A stretch of DNA of 64,000 nucleotides from an uncultured virus (IMG/VR IMGVR_UViG_3300032722_000013). Lineage: Duplodnaviria; Heunggongvirae; Uroviricota; Caudoviricetes. A model generated the notes under the pieces. The model ran no database searches. It saw only the letters and a list, made by a program, of their open reading frames with translations, and was not told the DNA's origin. Made by a program: the position numbers and the translations under genes. Each line of letters begins with the position of its first letter. Position 1 is the stretch's first letter. The stretch lies in IMG/VR virus record IMGVR_UViG_3300032722_000013; one strand, 5' to 3'. This document shows positions 48,324 through 57,508 of this stretch, one piece after another.

Positions 48324-48716
48324 ATGGATGAAACGTCTGAAAAGAAATTCGAACCCTTGACGAGGAATCGTTGGATCGTCGAGTTACCTAGCATCGACCC
48401 ATTCCTCGTAAAGACGGTGCGCCCGCCCATTCTCAAGCCCGGGCTGCCCGGTGAGATGGCGATTGAACTTTACACTGTGTATGACCATGGTGAACAGAAC
48501 CGCGACCTGAAGAGGTTGCTTGATTCACAAGAACTTCAGAAAGGTATCGTGAAGTTTCTAAACCCTGTCGGCATTGTCGATGAGGTGTGGTCATTCACTG
48601 GTAGATTGAGCGGTATGACGTTCAGCGTGCTCGACTACGGTAGTTTCGAGCCTCTCACGACCTACCTCACGTTCACGCTCACGAAGTTCAAGATCAAGAA
48701 GTGGAAGCGATCATGA
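48324..48716 (+). CDS. Shortened tail-tube paralog outside the tail module
   Basis: KFEPLTRNRWIV...IDPFLVKTVRPP and KFLNPVGIVDEVW align with tube 15855 (KFEPKRKNRWVL...IDAYIIKTAKRP; KLLDPVGTVIELW). Confidence 0.8.
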   Translation: MDETSEKKFEPLTRNRWIVELPSIDPFLVKTVRPPILKPGLPGEMAIELYTVYDHGEQNRDLKRLLDSQELQKGIVKFLNPVGIVDEVWSFTGRLSGMTFSVLDYGSFEPLTTYLTFTLTKFKIKKWKRS

Positions 48717-49345
48717 AAGCAATCAGCTACGTTACAACGAACACGATCTCTCCAATTCAACAATGTGGTCAGACAATCTCAGACAACACGTTGTTCGGTC
48801 ACATGCATCCTTACGTGGGTGATGTCTTCCCGGAGAGGACGTGGATCGGCGACGTTCCTCCCATTCAGGTCGCTCCCTGGGAGATCGTTCCCTTGCCATG
48901 GACACCGTACGATCCCGCCCCATTTCCTGGGCCTCAAGTTGACCGCGTCCTGCCGTGGATCCCGCAGGTGCCCATGGCGCCTCCTGCCGCAATGACGCCT
49001 GAGCAGGATCAGAACGTGAAGGAGATCCTTCGTCTCATGAAAGAGAAGGAGAATTGCTCACTATGGCGCGTCAAGGTTGATGAAGATGATGCGAACATGA
49101 CGTGGTTGTTCACTGACGTGCCTGGTGTACGCGAGGATGATCTTGAGGTCAGCATCGTCGATGACCACGTCATCAACGTGAGGGGCAAGCGCTTTGACAC
49201 CGGGATTGAGATCGTGCGTAACTACGACATGGGTCCTGGTTTCAGGGTGAAGGACGCCGACGCTGCCTATGAGGCTGGTGTGGTTTCAATCTATGTCATA
49301 AGGGCAACGCAGTCAAAGAAGCGACTGACCGTCACACAAAAGTGA
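48713..49345 (+). CDS. Small heat shock protein (Hsp20) with a Pro-rich N-terminus
   Basis: DVPGVREDDLEVSI...INVRGKR...AAYEAGVVSI. Confidence 0.75.
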   Translation: MKAISYVTTNTISPIQQCGQTISDNTLFGHMHPYVGDVFPERTWIGDVPPIQVAPWEIVPLPWTPYDPAPFPGPQVDRVLPWIPQVPMAPPAAMTPEQDQNVKEILRLMKEKENCSLWRVKVDEDDANMTWLFTDVPGVREDDLEVSIVDDHVINVRGKRFDTGIEIVRNYDMGPGFRVKDADAAYEAGVVSIYVIRATQSKKRLTVTQK

Positions 49346-49435
49346 CGATGAGGCCTGTACAAGGCCGTTGACGTGTTTATCTTGCCTTTCGAGGAGCCCA
49401 CGTGAGGTTCCGAGGAAAGGAAAGTGTAGATTACC

Positions 49436-49861
49436 ATGCTAACGAGGTACGATTATTCCATGGACAAGCCTGTGAAGTTTTGGGAGAACTGGCACGACCT
49501 GTTCGATTCGAACGTGTTTGACGACGTTCCTAGGTCGACATGGCATATGCATGGCACGTCGAGCTCTTCGACCGTGACGTCACAGTCTCGTAGCTATCGG
49601 ACATTCTCCGATAATGACGGGATGACGCTGGAGGATGACCTTCCTGGTGTTGCGGCTGCGGACGTTGACGTCTCTGTGCAGGGCGATTTGCTGACAATCT
49701 CCTGGAAGAAGGGTGATAAGACCCGATCGCACAGTTACACGATTGGCGCTGACTATGAATTGTCTGCTGCCAAAGCAACGATGCGTGATGGAATGCTTAC
49801 GGTCAAGATACCGAAAGCGGAACACACTAAATCAAAGAAGATAGCGATCAAAGTCGAGTAA
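49436..49861 (+). CDS. Small heat shock protein (Hsp20)
   Basis: DLPGVAAADVDVSVQGDLLTI...AKATMRDGMLTVKIPK....KKIAI. Confidence 0.9.
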   Translation: MLTRYDYSMDKPVKFWENWHDLFDSNVFDDVPRSTWHMHGTSSSSTVTSQSRSYRTFSDNDGMTLEDDLPGVAAADVDVSVQGDLLTISWKKGDKTRSHSYTIGADYELSAAKATMRDGMLTVKIPKAEHTKSKKIAIKVE

Positions 49862-49911
49862 CCCGACCTCCGGAGGTTGTAGATGTGCGAAGTGCATGGT
49901 ACAATGTTACC

Positions 49912-50931
49912 ATGCACTTCGACGTTAATGAACGAACCATCCTGCTTGTTCGCCATGGATCTCACGCTTACGGCCTGAACGTTCCCACGTCTGACGAGGA
50001 CTTCAAAGGCGTCTGTGTCAAGCCTAAGGAGTGTTACTTCGGTTTCACGCAGCGATTCGAGCAGATGGAACACATGGGCTCCAAGAGCGACGGAGTAGAC
50101 AAGGCAATCTATTCAATTGACAAGTTCGCCAGTCTTGCCGCTGACTGTAACCCGAACATTATCGAGGTGTTGCACGTCGCTGATGAGGATGTTATCAAGT
50201 GCGACGTGTTTGGAGAACGGCTTAGGGACGCTCGAGATATGTTTCTCTCTAAGAAGGCGAAGTTCACATTTTCGGGTTATGCACATGCGCAGTTGAAGCG
50301 CATCAAGACTCACAGGGCATGGTTGCTGAACCCTCCGAAGGGAGAACCAACGCGTGCAGAGTTCGGACTTGAACAAGTCAGCAAAGTCAGCAAGTCGGAG
50401 ATGGGCGCATTCAACTCGTTGCTAGGTCTTCCTACTGTTGACGACGAGGCGATCGTCTCTCCGATGCAACAGTCGATTGCGATAGACCTCGCAGCGAAGA
50501 ACAAGCTTGGCATTGAACTGCCCAAAAACATCATCACATTGTTCACGCAGGAAAGGGCATACAATGCAGCTCGCACTCACTATGAGCAATACCTCAATTG
50601 GGTGAAGTCCCGTAACCCCGCCCGCGCTGAGCTCGAGCGCAAGTTTGGACTGGACACAAAGCATGCTATGCATCTTTGTCGACTCATGAAGATGTGCAAA
50701 GAAATTTTGAGTACGGGCAAGGTCAATGTCAAACGTTCTGATCGTGAAGAATTGTTAGCAATTCGCAATGGCACATGGTCGTATGATCGAATTGTTGAAT
50801 TCGCAGAGAACATTGAGAAGGAATGTGACCAACTATATGTCACATCAACCCTACCAAGGGAGCCAGATCGAGCGAAGATTGATGATCTGATCGTCGAACT
50901 GACAGACGAATACCTGCGTCTTCGAGGTTGA
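49912..50931 (+). CDS. Pol-beta-superfamily nucleotidyltransferase (RlaP/YcgL-like)
   Basis: HGSHAYGLNVPTSDEDFKGV, NPNIIEVL, DTKHAMHLCRL, LLAIRNG, LPREPD. Confidence 0.85.
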   Translation: MHFDVNERTILLVRHGSHAYGLNVPTSDEDFKGVCVKPKECYFGFTQRFEQMEHMGSKSDGVDKAIYSIDKFASLAADCNPNIIEVLHVADEDVIKCDVFGERLRDARDMFLSKKAKFTFSGYAHAQLKRIKTHRAWLLNPPKGEPTRAEFGLEQVSKVSKSEMGAFNSLLGLPTVDDEAIVSPMQQSIAIDLAAKNKLGIELPKNIITLFTQERAYNAARTHYEQYLNWVKSRNPARAELERKFGLDTKHAMHLCRLMKMCKEILSTGKVNVKRSDREELLAIRNGTWSYDRIVEFAENIEKECDQLYVTSTLPREPDRAKIDDLIVELTDEYLRLRG

Positions 50932-50945
50932 CTCATAGTTAAGAC

Positions 50946-51749
50946 ATGCGAAGGTTCGTTTGGTTCAGTGATACGCACTTGAACCTCTCTGTGTTTCCTT
51001 TCATGAAGTGGTGGTTCGTCACCCGCCTGAAAGAAGCAACTGCTGAAGGCCTGATCCTGACTGGTGACATCAGTTCTGGCATAGGTCTGGAGTGGGATCT
51101 CAAGTTCCTTGCGAAACACTTTGATGGTCCCATCTACTACGTCCTGGGAAACCACGACTACCACAAGCGACACATCGACAGCGTTCACGCAGATTGTCGT
51201 CGTCTCAGCGATAGGTTCCCGAACCTTCACTGGATGACTGAAACGCCGATCGTGTCGTTGAACGAGGACGTCGCCCTCATCGGAACTGAAGGCTGGTACG
51301 ATTGTCAACTAGGAAATCCGAAGTGGTTGTGGTGGACGTCCGACTGGCTTCTCACACATGATTTTCGACAGCTCAATGGGCTAGAAGAGCGGATCGAGTT
51401 CTGGCGTGGGATGGCGAAACGTTCTGCTGACATCATCACTGAGCGTCTCGAGATCGCGCTCGAGAACCACAAGACTGTCTACGTCATGACACACGTGCCG
51501 CCTTGGAAGGAAGCAACAAGGGCTGTCGGTACGTTGTTCGAGGACTACTGGCTCCCGTACAACACAAATGTCGTGTTGGGTCAGGCAATAGAACGCGTGA
51601 TGACAGGTCGCAAGAAAAAGAAGGTCGTCGTGCTGGCGGGTCACACTCACACGCCGTGTCACATCCGCGTGTCTAGGTCGATAGAGTGCATGGTCGCACG
51701 GGCTAGCTACTGGGGAAGCGTCAAGCCGGAACTGACGATCATCGTCTGA
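50946..51749 (+). CDS. Calcineurin-like metallophosphoesterase
   Basis: SDTH, TGDI, GNHD, TH.PP, GHTH; ATAGTTA at 50935. Confidence 0.9.
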   Translation: MRRFVWFSDTHLNLSVFPFMKWWFVTRLKEATAEGLILTGDISSGIGLEWDLKFLAKHFDGPIYYVLGNHDYHKRHIDSVHADCRRLSDRFPNLHWMTETPIVSLNEDVALIGTEGWYDCQLGNPKWLWWTSDWLLTHDFRQLNGLEERIEFWRGMAKRSADIITERLEIALENHKTVYVMTHVPPWKEATRAVGTLFEDYWLPYNTNVVLGQAIERVMTGRKKKKVVVLAGHTHTPCHIRVSRSIECMVARASYWGSVKPELTIIV

Positions 51750-51788
51750 CAGTGTAAATCGTCCGCCTCTTGTGTTAGGATGGTGTAC

Positions 51789-52091
51789 ATGAGTGGTCGT
51801 GGTGCCATCAGTGTCGAAATTTTCGAGCGTTTGCTCGTCGAAGACGAAAGTCCTGAGCAACACGTACTGATTCCAGGTGCGCTCTTCTACGCCGTTCGTG
51901 ACAAGAATGGTCACTACTATCGAACATACAGGCGACTCAGTCGCCGGGCGGGATGGGAACGTGACTATCGGAACGCGAGCGTGTACACGAGGTCCGGACC
52001 GGCACGTTCCCTCGTTACAAGGTTGAAGAAGTCGGGTGTGGAAGCTTTGCTCGTTGAGTTTGTTGTCAATGAGATCAGGACGCTGGTGTGA
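51789..52091 (+). CDS. Hypothetical protein
   Basis: ORF after a sigma70-like promoter. Confidence 0.5.
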   Translation: MSGRGAISVEIFERLLVEDESPEQHVLIPGALFYAVRDKNGHYYRTYRRLSRRAGWERDYRNASVYTRSGPARSLVTRLKKSGVEALLVEFVVNEIRTLV

Positions 52092-52104
52092 GGAAAGGAT
52101 CGCG

Positions 52105-53109
52105 ATGAGGACCATCTATGTCATGAAGGGACTTCCGGGCTGTGGTAAGTCAACGTTCGCTGCGGAGCTCATCAAGCGTGAGCCTGGTCGTTGGATCCGG
52201 ATCAACCGTGACGACCTGCGTGGCATGGCTGTGGGCCCGGGCAACAACCCGCACGATCGTCAGTACGGGAAGGATCGCGAGGACCTGATTCGTACGTTCA
52301 AGGAAGATGCGACGCGCCAGGCGATCCGTGCAGGGTATGATGTCATCTTGGACGACACACACCTCGTGCCACAGACCGTGAAGAAGATTCACACGCTCGC
52401 TATGTCTATCGGGGACGTCAATGTCCTAGAGAAGGCATTCAACGTCAGCGTCGCAGACTGCGTCGCTCGTGACGAGAAGCGAACCGGGTTCGCACGAGTC
52501 GGCGAGAAGGTCATCAAGGACATGGCCCGCGGCGCCGGGCTTGACAAGGGTCGCAAGCTTCAGGACAAGGAGACATACTACGAACCCCGCGCAAACTCGT
52601 TTCAGGCCGTCGTCCAGGACAGCAATCTGCCCAAGGCGATCATGTGCGACCTGGACGGTACACTTGCGATCATCGGCAATCGCACGCCATACGACGCGAC
52701 CAACTGCGATGAGATCGACCTGCCAAACTTGCCTGTCATCGCCGCTGTCATGGCGATGCATGCCCAAGGCGTGAAGGTGATCTTCATGTCCGGTCGTGAT
52801 GTCAAGTATCGACCCGAGACTGAACGCTTCATCGAGCGGTACTGTCGCGTTTCGAATCCCAACTTCACGAAGGACGTGATGGAGACGACGGAAACGAAGT
52901 CCATTCCGTACGAGCTTCACATGCGCGGTGAACTGGACCTGACAGTGACTGACCAGCGCAAGGACGCCATCATCAAGAGTGAGCTTTTCAATGCTCACGT
53001 CGCCGGCAAGTACAACGTGTTGTTCGTTCTTGACGATCGCAATCAGGTCGTCGACTTTTGGCGGGAGATCGGCCTGACTTGCTTCCAGGTGAACCCCGGT
53101 GCGTTCTAG
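52105..53109 (+). CDS. pseT: Polynucleotide 5'-kinase/3'-phosphatase
   Basis: GLPGCGKST, RINRDDLR; HAD motifs DLDGTLA, SGR, DDRNQVV. Confidence 0.92.
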   Translation: MRTIYVMKGLPGCGKSTFAAELIKREPGRWIRINRDDLRGMAVGPGNNPHDRQYGKDREDLIRTFKEDATRQAIRAGYDVILDDTHLVPQTVKKIHTLAMSIGDVNVLEKAFNVSVADCVARDEKRTGFARVGEKVIKDMARGAGLDKGRKLQDKETYYEPRANSFQAVVQDSNLPKAIMCDLDGTLAIIGNRTPYDATNCDEIDLPNLPVIAAVMAMHAQGVKVIFMSGRDVKYRPETERFIERYCRVSNPNFTKDVMETTETKSIPYELHMRGELDLTVTDQRKDAIIKSELFNAHVAGKYNVLFVLDDRNQVVDFWREIGLTCFQVNPGAF

Positions 53110-53113
53110 CACG

Positions 53114-53341
53114 ATGAGCCCGGACAATCGAAAGCGCGTTCAAGATGCTGTTGCAACTGCTGGAGACGAGTTGAAGGGTAAGCTTCCACCTTTGCCTGAT
53201 CACCCTGACCGCAACTCCTATGCTCACGTCTGGCGAGAGATCAAGCAGAAGTTCAACGTTGCGTCGTACAAGGAGTGCGATGACTCTCAGGTCGAGGACA
53301 TCCTTGTGCTGGTCGAGGAATTGAGATTGAATCCGAGATGA
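53114..53341 (+). CDS. Hypothetical protein
   Basis: RNSYAHVWREIKQKFNVASYK; lies between PNK and the ligase. Confidence 0.55.
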   Translation: MSPDNRKRVQDAVATAGDELKGKLPPLPDHPDRNSYAHVWREIKQKFNVASYKECDDSQVEDILVLVEELRLNPR

Positions 53342-54144
53342 ATGACATTCGAAAGTACCCACGCACAAGACACGTGAGAGGTTCGCGCTTCCAACACGGA
53401 GACGATGACCTCGAGGCTGTTCCATGGGACGATCTCAAGGGGAAGTATCTCGTGGTCGAGGAGAAGGTCGACGGCGCAAATTGCGGCATCTCTTTCTCTT
53501 CTGAGGGGGACCTGTTACTTCAGTCAAGGGGTCACTACCTTCGAGGAGGCCCACGAGAAAAACATTTCAACCTTCTGAAGCAGTGGTCAGCGGCCAAAAT
53601 GGACGAATTGTTTGACCTGCTGACCGATCGGTACGTACTGTACGGTGAATGGATGTACGCAAAGCACACGTGCTTCTACGATGCATTGCCGCATTACTTC
53701 ATGGAGTTTGACGTGCTCGATACGAAGGGGAATGTCTTCCTGAGCACTGAAGCTCGACGAAAGCTGCTCAATCACTCGAGTGAGGGTTGGTCTGTCGTGT
53801 GCCCAGTCCGTGTCATCACGGAAGGAGTGTTCGAGAATCTGACTGAGCTTGAAACGCTGAACACACGTTCTGCATTCATCACAGATGATAGGCTTGCGAA
53901 CCTGACCGCTGCCGCGATCGATGCAGGCGTTCTGCCCATTGATGCGATCAAGCACACCGACATGGACGAACGTATGGAGGGCCTCTACATCAAGTGGGAG
54001 GAGGACGGGGTGATCAAGGGACGTTACAAGTACGTGCGTTCCTCATTCACTAGTTCAATCCTGGATCAGGAAACACACTGGCACGATCGCCCAATCGTGC
54101 AGAACAAGCTATCACCGGGCGCTTTTGAGAGGATGCTAACGTAA
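53338..54144 (+). CDS. ATP-dependent RNA ligase family protein
   Basis: KYPRTRH, motif I EEKVDGAN, YGEW, EFDV, EGLYIK, KYVR. Confidence 0.85.
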   Translation: MNDIRKYPRTRHVRGSRFQHGDDDLEAVPWDDLKGKYLVVEEKVDGANCGISFSSEGDLLLQSRGHYLRGGPREKHFNLLKQWSAAKMDELFDLLTDRYVLYGEWMYAKHTCFYDALPHYFMEFDVLDTKGNVFLSTEARRKLLNHSSEGWSVVCPVRVITEGVFENLTELETLNTRSAFITDDRLANLTAAAIDAGVLPIDAIKHTDMDERMEGLYIKWEEDGVIKGRYKYVRSSFTSSILDQETHWHDRPIVQNKLSPGAFERMLT

Positions 54145-54680
54145 TGGAAGGGCAGCACCACGTCAGTCACATCGCAGCGTTCATTGGCGCACGTTTGCAG
54201 CATCCACGTCCGAGCATGAACGGAAAGAACTCTCGTGTGTCGACGATCAAGGTCGATCAGTATAAGGACAAGTTCAACTACGTGCGCATCTACTGCACGT
54301 TGGCAGACGACGAAGAGGTCAAATCTTGCTGGCAGGAACAGAACGGCGATGAGAATCTGGCACTCACGAAGGAGATGTTCAAAGCACGGTGCCTCAGGAA
54401 CGATGCTCGACACTACCGCAGGTGCTACATGGACATGGTCGAGATCATTCCACATCTTCGTGCAAGGATCTGTGCTCAAGCAGACTACGCTGAACTTTTG
54501 TACGGAACATACGATGAGGTGTGCGCTCGGATCGATGAGATCGAATCACTTTCAAAGGTTGCATCCAGTCCCACCAAAATTGATAGTGTAAGGCGTCGGT
54601 ACGGCTGTGCCACGAACGACGAACTGAAATCGTTCATGAGCGACATTTACCTAAGCTATGACTTCAATCACGGAGTATGA
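54144..54680 (+). CDS. Hypothetical protein
   Basis: QYKDKFNYVRIY; coupled to the ligase gene. Confidence 0.5.
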   Translation: MEGQHHVSHIAAFIGARLQHPRPSMNGKNSRVSTIKVDQYKDKFNYVRIYCTLADDEEVKSCWQEQNGDENLALTKEMFKARCLRNDARHYRRCYMDMVEIIPHLRARICAQADYAELLYGTYDEVCARIDEIESLSKVASSPTKIDSVRRRYGCATNDELKSFMSDIYLSYDFNHGV

Positions 54681-54687
54681 TAGGGCC

Positions 54688-55518
54688 ATGGCAAAGTACG
54701 TTTGGGCAACAGACATTCACCTCGACCTTCTTGGGGAAGACAATCAACGCTTGATCCAGTTTGGAGAGTCTCTGGTGAGAACGAATCCCACAGGAATCTT
54801 TCTCACGGGTGACATTTCGACAGCGAGGAAGCTTGTCTATCACCTGTCAGCTCTCGACAGGATCGCAAAGCGCCCTATCTTCTTCGTGCTGGGCAATCAC
54901 GATTACTGGGACGCTGACACGACGCAGGTCAGGAAGGCGATGAAGGAACTGACGAATGTCAGCCCGTTCCTGCGCTACATGCCCACAATGCTTTACCAGG
55001 CGATCACGCCGTCGACCGCAGTCGTGGGGCATGATTGTTGGTACGACGCCGGTGCTGGGAACTGGCAGAACAGCAACATGGTGTTACAGGACTGGAAGCG
55101 AATGGGCGATTACGTCCAGGTGAACAAGAACAAGGCGACGATCGTAGCAACTTCCAGGAAGCTAGCTCATGAAGGTGTTCAGCACATTCACAACGGCATC
55201 AAGGCCGCGGCGAGGTATCACAAGAACATCATCGTTTTGACGCACTTTCCTCCGTTCGCACAGTCACACGTACATGAGGGACATGCAGGGAGCGTTGATG
55301 CCATGCCCTGGTACGTCAATCACATGATGGGACAGATGCTCATGGACGCATCGAAGGCGTTTGATGGTCAGGACGGACGTCCCAAGGTTCACTTCAACGT
55401 TCTCTGTGGGCACACCCACGGTACATTCAATGGGAACATCACGCCCAATCTTGAAGTGCACGTCGGCGGAGCTGAGTACGGCGCCCCGGGCGTAGCAGGC
55501 ATCATCGAAATCGCATGA
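54688..55518 (+). CDS. Calcineurin-like metallophosphoesterase (paralog of 50946)
   Basis: TDIH, TGDIS, GNHD, THFPP, GHTH. Confidence 0.9.
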   Translation: MAKYVWATDIHLDLLGEDNQRLIQFGESLVRTNPTGIFLTGDISTARKLVYHLSALDRIAKRPIFFVLGNHDYWDADTTQVRKAMKELTNVSPFLRYMPTMLYQAITPSTAVVGHDCWYDAGAGNWQNSNMVLQDWKRMGDYVQVNKNKATIVATSRKLAHEGVQHIHNGIKAAARYHKNIIVLTHFPPFAQSHVHEGHAGSVDAMPWYVNHMMGQMLMDASKAFDGQDGRPKVHFNVLCGHTHGTFNGNITPNLEVHVGGAEYGAPGVAGIIEIA

Positions 55519-56306
55519 GAGTCGAGCGGATTGGGTCGAGCTACGCAATTTGTGCTGATTGTACGCTAAAGTCAACTTTGGACCTGGTCAAAGAATTGAC
55601 GGGTGAAGTTCCTTTGATATTGTGCGACCCTCCATATGGCAAGATTCTTCCTGACGGATGGGATCACGAGATTGAGGACGAGTCTGAGTTCGTGAAGTGG
55701 ATGCTTGATTGGACACAGAGCTGGTCAGAGCTACTGCTTCCGAACGCTGCATTTTACGTGTGGGGAGGCATTGGGACTCCGGGTTTCAGGCCCTTCTTCA
55801 GGTACATACCTGAGGTCGAGACCGGTGAACATGTTGCCGGAATGACACTAGCAAATCTGATCACGTGGAAGAAGAAACGTGCGTACGGCGTTCAACACAA
55901 CTACCTCTTCACTCGTGAGGAGCTCGCGTACTTCATCAAGGGTGATAACATCAAGAAGCCACGATGCTTCAACGTGCCGTTGCTTGACGAGAAGCGTGGG
56001 TACGCAGGTTATGATGAAAAGTACCCCGCGAAGAGCGAGTTCTACCGCAGGACGAACGTGTGGACGGACGTTACTGAGGTCATGCAGAAGAAAGTTCACA
56101 GTGCACAGAAAGCGCAGCGCGTGATCGAGGTCCCCATTGAGGTTCACACAGTACCGGGTGAGTTCGTGATCGATCCATTTGCAGGATCGGGCACGACAGG
56201 TATAGCTGCGATGAAACTCGGTCGGCGGTTCGTGTGCATCGAACGTGATGAACAAGAATTCAACAAGATGTTATTGCGTTTGCGTGCAGGTGTAAAGCAA
56301 CCCTAG
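55515..56306 (+). CDS. DNA N6-A/N4-C methyltransferase (beta class)
   Basis: DPPY...H.AQK...DPFAGSGTT. Confidence 0.92.
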   Translation: MRVERIGSSYAICADCTLKSTLDLVKELTGEVPLILCDPPYGKILPDGWDHEIEDESEFVKWMLDWTQSWSELLLPNAAFYVWGGIGTPGFRPFFRYIPEVETGEHVAGMTLANLITWKKKRAYGVQHNYLFTREELAYFIKGDNIKKPRCFNVPLLDEKRGYAGYDEKYPAKSEFYRRTNVWTDVTEVMQKKVHSAQKAQRVIEVPIEVHTVPGEFVIDPFAGSGTTGIAAMKLGRRFVCIERDEQEFNKMLLRLRAGVKQP

Positions 56307-56325
56307 CGTGTGGTAGTGTTGGTAG

Positions 56326-56730
56326 GTGAGCAACATCATCTTCAAATCACGAACGAAAGGCATGACCACAATGCACGAAGCAGTCAAGCAGTCACTCATC
56401 GGAAATGAACCTTCTGAGAAGAAGGAGAATCCCCTCGAACTCGCTCGACAGATTCACTTCTACACGCGTACGCAACACAGTGCAAAGGATCGCCATGAGC
56501 GATTGCTCGATCTCATGCAGCGCCGCAGCGCCAAGAAGTGGATCCCAAAGAAGAAGCAGAAGATGGTCCGACGATTGCAGAGCACGTCCCAAATCCTGGA
56601 ACAGTGCGACAGTGCACTCGATCAGTTGACTACGCGGCTGCAGCAGCTCATGCAGGAAGCGCAGACCGCGAGGCAGGCTGTCGAGGCCGGCCTCAAGCTC
56701 ATTGCAGAACCTCCCACGACAACGGGATGA
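56326..56730 (+). CDS. Hypothetical coiled-coil protein
   Basis: Heptad-rich ORF after a sigma70-like promoter; start uncertain. Confidence 0.5.
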   Translation: MSNIIFKSRTKGMTTMHEAVKQSLIGNEPSEKKENPLELARQIHFYTRTQHSAKDRHERLLDLMQRRSAKKWIPKKKQKMVRRLQSTSQILEQCDSALDQLTTRLQQLMQEAQTARQAVEAGLKLIAEPPTTTG

Positions 56731-57506
56731 ATGCCGTCCACCATCGGGAGGCAATGAGCCTCCTCCTCGACACGCCCGACGACAGCGTAGACCTGATCTA
56801 TGTTGATCCTCCTTTCGGCACCGGTGCAAGGCAGTCCCTTCACGGAATGTCGTACGAAGATGACGAGGAGGACTACGAGGAATGGTTGTTCGTCCACGTG
56901 TCGAGGATGTGGCACGTGCTCAAGCAAACGGGCACGTTATACCTTCACCTTGATTGGCGAGAGATTTGTTCCGCTCGCCACGCCTGCAATTACAAGTTTG
57001 GCAAAGAGAACTTCCTCGGAGAGATCATCTGGAGTTACAACTACGGTGGCCGCGGGAAGCACTTCTTCGCTGCAAAACACGACAACATCCTTGCTTTTGC
57101 GAAGAAAAAAGGCGATCATGTCTTCAACTACGATGACGTAGATCGCATCCCGTACAAGGCGCCTGAGATGCAGTACGTGGGTCGCACGAAGGAAGAGGCT
57201 GAGAAGCGTATCGCTCGCGGGCAAGTGCCGACTGACGTGTGGGACCTTAGCATTGTCGGCACGAACTCGAAGGAGCGCACAGGGTATCCGACCCAGAAGC
57301 CTCTGAAGCTCGTTGAGCGCATCGTGGTCGCTAGCTCACCGCCAGGAGGCACGGTGCTCGATGTCTTCGCAGGGTCGGGGACGACAGGAATGGCAGCTCA
57401 CAAGCACGGGAGGAATTTCATCCTCTCTGACACGAACCCACAGGCGATTGCTGTCATGCAGGAGCGGTTCAAAGGCATCGAAGTCGACTGGCACGTCGAT
57501 AGTTAG
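56727..57506 (+). CDS. DNA N6-A/N4-C methyltransferase (beta class)
   Basis: DLIYVDPPF, YPTQKP, DVFAGSGTT. Confidence 0.93.
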   Translation: MNAVHHREAMSLLLDTPDDSVDLIYVDPPFGTGARQSLHGMSYEDDEEDYEEWLFVHVSRMWHVLKQTGTLYLHLDWREICSARHACNYKFGKENFLGEIIWSYNYGGRGKHFFAAKHDNILAFAKKKGDHVFNYDDVDRIPYKAPEMQYVGRTKEEAEKRIARGQVPTDVWDLSIVGTNSKERTGYPTQKPLKLVERIVVASSPPGGTVLDVFAGSGTTGMAAHKHGRNFILSDTNPQAIAVMQERFKGIEVDWHVDS

Positions 57507-57508
57507 AC

